The position numbers and the translations under genes were made by a program. This document shows positions 57,867-64,000 of a stretch of 64,000 bases of DNA, one piece after another. The first letter of the stretch is position 1. Every line of letters starts with the position of its first letter. Source of the DNA: Penicillus capitatus (Eukaryota; Plantae; Chlorophyta). Location: contig OZ287694.1 of the NCBI GenBank assembly GCA_965649825.1, positions 2,150,540-2,214,539 of the forward strand. The letters run 5' to 3'. The notes below the pieces were generated by a model. That model made no database searches. It had not been told where the DNA came from and saw only the letters and a program-made list of their open reading frames with translations.

Positions 57867-59820
57867 TCAATCATCGTCCGAGTTGTAGATGTCGAAGAGC
57901 CACACGGCGACGACGTTGTAGACGGCATACAGAATGTAGATCCCGATGAAAAGATAGCCTTCCACGGGGAAGAGCCTCCAGTTGGTGAGGAAGACCGACA
58001 CCAGATAGAAGACGAGGACGCCGAAGAGTATGAGCACATTGGGCAGCAGCTCGTCGTTCTCGACGGTGATGTACTTGCCATACCCATCGCTGCCGTCCTC
58101 CTTGAAAGGAATGACCAGGAGCCAGGGCAGTCCCAGTCCCAACCAGATGTCGAATACGTTGCTGCCGACGGCATTGGCAACAGCCATATCTCCGTCTCCC
58201 TGTCTTGCGACGACGATGGACGACAGTGCGTCGGGGATGGAGGTGCCAGCAGCGAGGACCGTCACGCCCATGATGGCCGAAGGAATGCCGAGGACGCAGC
58301 CGATGTCGGCCGTCCACTCCACCATGAACCACGAGATCACGCCGATCCATGCGATGGATGTTAGGAACGTCAGCATGTACCACTTCTGAGATCCATCCTG
58401 TTCGACGTGCACAGGACAACTTCTCGGCGGCTTTCCGCGAAGGTGTGATCTCTCACTTTCTTGCAGTCTGGAATGGTGATGAAGAAGAGTGCGTGCCATA
58501 TGAGAGACACCGCCCACAGTATTCTTTCGAAGCCGCCCCTTGGCGGTGAGAAAACGGACGCGTCTTCGTCGCTGTCCTTCAGGGGTTCGTCGTCTGCGTG
58601 TCCCGCTTGTGGACTCAGTCTCGTCATTTCTATACCAGGTCCGGCGTCTGAAGAATCTGGCACATCTATGCTGTGCTGGCCGTTCCTCGGAGACGCTCTT
58701 TCCGTTTTCTACACAGCACAGAAGACACATCTCTGAGCCATCGGCGGAACGCGGCAGGAAAACAGGACATCGGCACTCTGACGCCTTGGCGAGACCTGTC
58801 GACTCGTCGAGCTCTGTAAAACACGGGTTTGGAGAAAAAGCGAGCGAGGAGAGTGACCACACCTGATCCGAACTGGGAATTTGGGCCGCCCCCACCCTGC
58901 TGAGCGAACAGCATAGGAGAAACGAAGAACGTGCAGAGGGGTCACACTTGTTGTCCAGTCTCGCCGGGAGGCACTCCATGAGCCTCGAGTTGTATTTCAT
59001 CGTCACGATGTAAACCCCGTACAGCAGCACCGATATCAGTCCTTCCCACCTAGATCGCAATCCATTCGGCAGATGCCGCGGCAGGTCGCGTCATGTCGAC
59101 CAGTGGACTTTGCCGTCTTGAAAAATGGCGATCACACCCCCGATCGCCGCCGCGTAGAAGATGGCGTCCCGCACCAGAGGTCGATAATCGAGAGTCAGTG
59201 TCTGTCCCGAGAACAGGGCTGTCACGCCGATGATAACGAGGATGTTGAACACGGCCGATCCGACAATGGTCCCCACGCCAATGTCGTTCGCGGCGGCGTC
59301 ATTGGTGATGGCCACGAATGCCGAAAAGAGCTCCGGCGCAGAGGAGCCGGCTGCCATGAACGTCGCCCCCGCCACGTCGCTGGACAGTCCCAGTCTTTTC
59401 GAAATCAGATCGAGGGACTCCACGAAGTACTCATCGCAGACGATGGCAATGCCCAAGAAGAGATAGAGCACTCCAACGAAGAGCAATGCGATTCCACCTG
59501 TCACATCAAGAGAAGACGGCTGAGCATGCATGGATGCATGTGTGGACGTCACGTCACCTTTCTCGATCCATTCGGGGGAAGAAGAGCATTCAGATGATGT
59601 CAGGAGCTTACGCGTCAGCCACGTCTTGCCTAAAACAGCAGGGGCGATGGCATGAGGCGACTTTCTGTGCTGGCGTGCCGGCTGTGAGAGGGAAGACGGT
59701 GCTCAGGGCGAAAGTCCATGCCAAGATGCCGACGGATGTCCAGAGGAAGATCTTCCGTTTGACACGTCGCCTAAGGACACAGCGCCGTCCGATACGATAC
59801 TGCTCCGTCGACAGCACCGC
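57867..59820 (-). CDS. K+-dependent Na+/Ca2+ exchanger (NCKX/SLC24-like); multi-exon, start uncertain
   Basis: Alpha-1 repeat AIVCDEYFVESL...AGATFMAAGSSAPELF...GTIVGSAVFNIL and alpha-2 repeat GVTVLAAGTSIPDALSS...AVANAVGSNVFDI. Confidence 0.9.
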
Positions 59821-60972
59821 AAAGCGCGTGTTGCTTCGCAGCGCGTGCTAATTTGCATGGTCTTCATTAACGCAGCACGCAGCGCGTCTGGGTCGCGAGA
59901 CGGCGTGAAAAGACGTGACGCGTGCGGACCTGAAAGAGAGTGCCGTCGAGGGCGTTCTTTGCGTCGCACAGTCTCGCGCCGTGGCTGCCATGGACGACGG
60001 CGAATGGATCACTGCGGTCGGTCTATAAGGTCTGCAGATTACGACGCATCTCGCTCTTCGATCATTTCGACGCTGGCGGCCTCCATGTCGACGTCCTCTG
60101 CCACTGACACGTCCGTCGTTGCCGGTTTGGCGTTTTCGACGCCATCGCGGACGATCATGCGCGTCGTCTCCTGCGAATGCGGTGGCTTTTTCTTCTTCGC
60201 GTGGCGTTCGTTTTTTCTTCTCGTTTGTGTTGAGGCCGATGTTTCTTCTTTTCCGTCCCGACGCTCCTCGGAGAACCCATTCGAACTTTCTCGAGCACCG
60301 GCGGCTTGTCAGATTTCTGATGTCACACTCGCACGTATCGCCGAAGAAACTTCGCACTCGGCTCGGAGAACACGGAGTTTTCAAAACTACGGCTTCTAGG
60401 AATTCGGCGAGCAACCGCGCTTCGCGGTGGGGGAATTCTGGGTAACGCTCTAGGGTTGCAGAGTTTGATGGTGGCTGATTGAGCGTCGAAGGATCGGGAA
60501 ATGATGTAGGTTGGCGGTGGACTGTGTCCCGTGCGCGGTTAGGTCGCCAGCACTGAGAAAAAGCGCGTACTTCGGGTTGCAGAGATGACGCGAATGCCCC
60601 CTGTGAAGAACTCCCTCCAACGCCTTCTCCTTGCACCTCTCTTTCGACGTCCTCGGCTTGGACGACGCGAATTTCTCCTTCGTCTTAACCGGGGAGTAGA
60701 GGAAAAGCATCGTCGTTGGAGTCGTTCCCGTGTTGGCTCATCTCACAAAACGCAGCGGAAGTCTCGAAATTGGATGAGGATGGGCGAGAGTTCGAAGGCC
60801 ACACAAACAGCGTTAGCAGCAAAGGGTGACTTGTTACAACTTGATGACAGACAGCGTATGCTTTGTAATGTATGAACAGATTGTATGTGGTTTACCGATA
60901 ACAGAGAAACTTGAATGTTAAGCGAAAGATGTTTTTATGTGTCAAGGCCTCGCTTAAATACTCCGACCCTGA

Positions 60973-61140
60973 TGTGACGACAGGAAAAGTGCAGGAAGTT
61001 CAAGAGTGAGTTCATAGTGAGGTTCCCAATGAGACTAGGAAGTGCAGTGCGAAACTGTAGAAGTTTCCTAGGAACTTCTCAAGAATTCACTCCCAGTCAT
61101 TACGACTTGTTTGCGACTCAGCAGTGACGGTTACGTCACA
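60973..61140. mobile_element. 168-bp segment bounded by inverted TGTGACG...CGTCACA (possible solo LTR or MITE)
   Basis: TG...CA termini with a 7-bp perfect inverted repeat and an AT-richer interior. No target-site duplication, PBS or PPT recognised. Confidence 0.3.
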
Positions 61141-61338
61141 CGGCCAAAGACGCGACAAGTGCTAAGTGACAGAAATGTCACCATTACAGAGACGTCCCAT
61201 CACCGTTCTGTCAGAATTGCGCCATTCTTTTACATGGGCGCACCCGCATTCCTGTTGTGCAAACTCCGATTTGCGGAGCAAAAGAAAACCCACCCAATGC
61301 CTAAATCCAGCAGCAAAACAACAAAAGAGCGATGGCCC

Positions 61339-62950
61339 CTAGGGGGCGATGTTGCGTTCCGTTCGCGGATCCGGGACTCCGATCCGAGAGGTCTCGGCTT
61401 GGTAGAGCACGTGGTTGACTCGGTCGCCTCGAAGGCCGAAGGGGCGCATTACCTCCGGCCCCAGCTTCGTCTCCACTCTGTCGGCCACCACCATAAAATC
61501 CAAGATGTGGTACTCGAATCCAATCTTCACCCGAGCCGATGCGTGTCCAATCACCTCGCTTGTCCCGCCGTCTTCCCGTACCACCTCTACTGCAAGCCCA
61601 AATCCAGGTGGCGGTGGCCCGTGGACGGGGCGAATTCGAAGGCCGAGGAGTTCTGCCGTCCTTCGTCCTACCACCGTGCCCGGAGAGTTGGGGATCCACG
61701 AGAAATCGGTGTGGAAGAGCGAGTTCCCCGAGTTCTCCTGCTACGATGTAGCGTGGTCCAGGGTTCCGACGCGAGAGAGCAGGCACTGGCGGGATGTCTC
61801 GGGGAGAGGCTGGCCTGGGGGGTCTTCGGCCGGGCGGTGGAGGAGGTGGTGGAGGGTTTCCCCTCCCTGTGACGGTGCGCCCGCCATCGCCTCGGGTCTT
61901 CTGGCTAAGGACGCTGCCGTCGGGACAACCGTCCCTGTGGCGACACGCCAGCGGAGGATCACTGGAAAAACGTGACGAGAGGCGTGAGAAGACACTTACG
62001 TAATGATGTGACGTACCTTTCTCTGGGGTACTAGCGCGAGAACTGTCTGCTGTACTCGTCCACATTTATGTAAATAACCATTGCTGACGAGTCCTCCTAC
62101 GCGGTTCGCCATCCGGTTCGAACTCGGCCGACAGGTCGACGTTCACAGAGAGTAAAAGAATCGAGTAGGCAGGTGTATCGTGACAGACCTTACGAGCGGT
62201 AAAAACGTGTGTAATGGGTGAGCGATCTTCGACCTTAGTACAACGATTCAGAGGACCTGTACCTTGTGGCCTGCACACTGTCGCATGGGTTGTTTGACGG
62301 AAATGATTAAAATCGTAGGGGGAACGGTACACTTTTGAAAGGTAAAGTCTTACACAACGAAGGACAAGATCTGTACATCTATCTACAACGCTTCTGTAGA
62401 GTAGGTTAGATCAATGTCACATCAAGGTCGCTAATCCGTGTCTGTATGAAGTAACAAGAAGAATATTCATCGAAGATTCCGGAATCTGCCTGGAATCGGT
62501 GACGTAGAGGCCGCGGGTCTATTTTTGGACGGGAAGGTATAGAGAACCTACGTACGACCTGTCGCTTGGAGACCGCCACAAGTGTAAGTGGTCCACAACG
62601 TTCGTCGACTCTTCAACTCTCTTCCTTACCTCCTCCACAGCAACGTCGTCTCCATGGATCTATCCCACGGAACGCATCTCAACGACAGTGGTGTCACATC
62701 CGTGTAAAAATGGCAGAAACAGTCTCGTCTGAGAACTCCGGCCTTAAGATCTTTTACGTTCGCGTGCGATCGTTCACCGCAGGGCGCGGTGGAATGCTTG
62801 TAAACAACTTTGCCAACTAACGGGACAAAATTAGGTAAACTATCTGTCGAGGGACAGCTAGTGGCTTCTTCACTGTCGTACTCCGAGGACAGCTGTCCCC
62901 TTCCGGGTTCCATCATCACCTGCTTACTTAGACAATCCACCGTCTCGCTC
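61339..62950 (-). pseudogene. Degenerate retropepsin-like (aspartyl protease-like) sequence, apparently preceded by spliced exons
   Basis: RFLVDP|NSPGTVVGRRTAELLGLRI...LDFMVVADRVETKLGPEVMRPFG is interrupted by a 1-nt frameshift in a C4 run (plus-strand G 61690-61693). GT-AG intron-like segments lie upstream (e.g. around 61960-62015). The 5' extent is tentative. Confidence 0.45.
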
Positions 62951-63459
62951 TCCGCCTCTCTGCAATCAAGTGTTTGTGGCTTCTCGCCTCGACGCGATCG
63001 GTGCACAAGAAGATATTGCCGAAACACTCCATCCGTGAAAGGTCCAAAAATAGCATGAAAAGTTGAAAAATAGCGAAAACGGCCATTGATTGCTGCCACA
63101 ATGAGTCAGCTGGCAGGCAGTACAAAAAACAAACTATATAAACGCGAAAACCGTGGGCATTTCGCGTTCTGCGAAAAAGTGTTTGTTGAAGCTTACCTTG
63201 CTCACCCGCTCTCTGTGTTCATTATCTCTGTGTTACCGTCTATTCCCTGTCGCCATGTCTGCTTTTTGTACCAAGTCTGGCAGTGGCTATCTTGCCCCAT
63301 CCACGCCAAGATCGGGCGCCTCGCCCGAAGTCATTAGCCCTTCGATGAAAGGGAACGGTGGGTGTGGTATCTATTCTTTTTTCTCTTACGTTATAAACTT
63401 GCTCAATAAGCAAGTCTTTTTCGCGTTTTGGGTTCTCAGTGGAGATTCCGGAAGCAATA

Positions 63460-64000
63460 ATGGGGGTTTCGGGAGCCTGCAGGGGGCGAGCATCAGTCAA
63501 GCGCATCGGAGGGAGCCGAGGGGGATGACGAGTCGGACGACGCCGGGTACGAGACGACCGGCGGTGATTCCGGATCGGACGGAACGGACGGATCGGACGA
63601 CGAGGATGGCGACAGCGACGACGAGGATGGCGACAGCGACGACGAGGATGGCGACAGCGACGACGAGGATGGCGACAGCGACGACGAGGATTCGTATGTC
63701 ACGACGGGGGCGGAGGATACGTCGACGGCCGCTGCGACGACGGAGGATGAATCGGAGGATCTGCCGGCGGAAGGGCCTGGGACGCCAGAGCGTCACGAGG
63801 CGGATAGAGCTAGGCATGTGGCTCCACGGGATGAGGAAGAAGATGCGGTGGAGGAGCCCTTCGACGATATCGGTCGTCTGGAGCACGTTGTGGAAGGATT
63901 GGGCGGGCCACCGGCCGAGGAACCGGCGGAGCAGGCCCCGGTGCTGGGAGAATTTGAGATCGCCGCACCGGGGTTCATCCAAGCCATATGGCTTCAGCCC
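63460..64000 (+). CDS. Highly acidic low-complexity ORF, running off the window end
   Basis: ATG at 63460, then open to 64000: MGVSGACRGEHQSSASEGAEGDDESDD...(DDEDGDS)n...EEPFDDIGRLEHVVEG... It is missing from the ORF track because it has no stop in the window. Confidence 0.55.
63596..63691 (+). repeat. 21-bp perfect tandem repeat, 4.6 copies (encodes DDEDGDS)
   Basis: GACGACGAGGATGGCGACAGC x4 plus GACGACGAGGAT. Confidence 0.95.

Noticed and set aside
59848-60636. 262-aa minus-strand ORF upstream of the NCKX gene.
   Set aside because: No recognisable domain, a non-ATG start and no splice model I could support. It may be part of a real gene but cannot be called.

Overview
Eukaryotic nuclear DNA from a compact, GC-rich genome, most likely a chlorophyte green alga. 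Evidence for that assignment: nuclear-encoded plastid proteins (PRPS20, FLU, Fd-GOGAT, HCF164, an HCF173/CIA30-like protein), a flagellar inner-arm dynein heavy chain, and TGTAA poly(A) signals. It uses the standard genetic code and has many ~45-55 nt spliceosomal introns, which is why the ORF track is fragmented. The core is about 20 tightly packed housekeeping genes plus one tRNA-Gly(GCC). There are three accessory zones. (i) ~8.3-15.6 kb: an almost intron-free 1636-aa NLR-like NACHT protein whose C-terminus is an array of 37-aa HEAT repeats with hypervariable positions and a recent internal duplication, plus a broken paralogue of a MATH/UBL/RING gene. (ii) ~47-49.4 kb: decayed Ty3/gypsy-like pieces with a possible -1 frameshift signal. 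(iii) ~61-64 kb: a short element with inverted termini, a degenerate retropepsin-like sequence and an acidic repeat ORF. The best candidate for an undescribed system is the NACHT-HEAT receptor with a variable repeat array. Other notable items are a CAMTA-like/dead Dicer-RIG-I-helicase fusion, a strongly over-represented 10-mer (GATGTGACGT), frequent GC-AG introns and very short intergenic spacers. All calls come from manual reading; no database search was run, and some gene ends are approximate.
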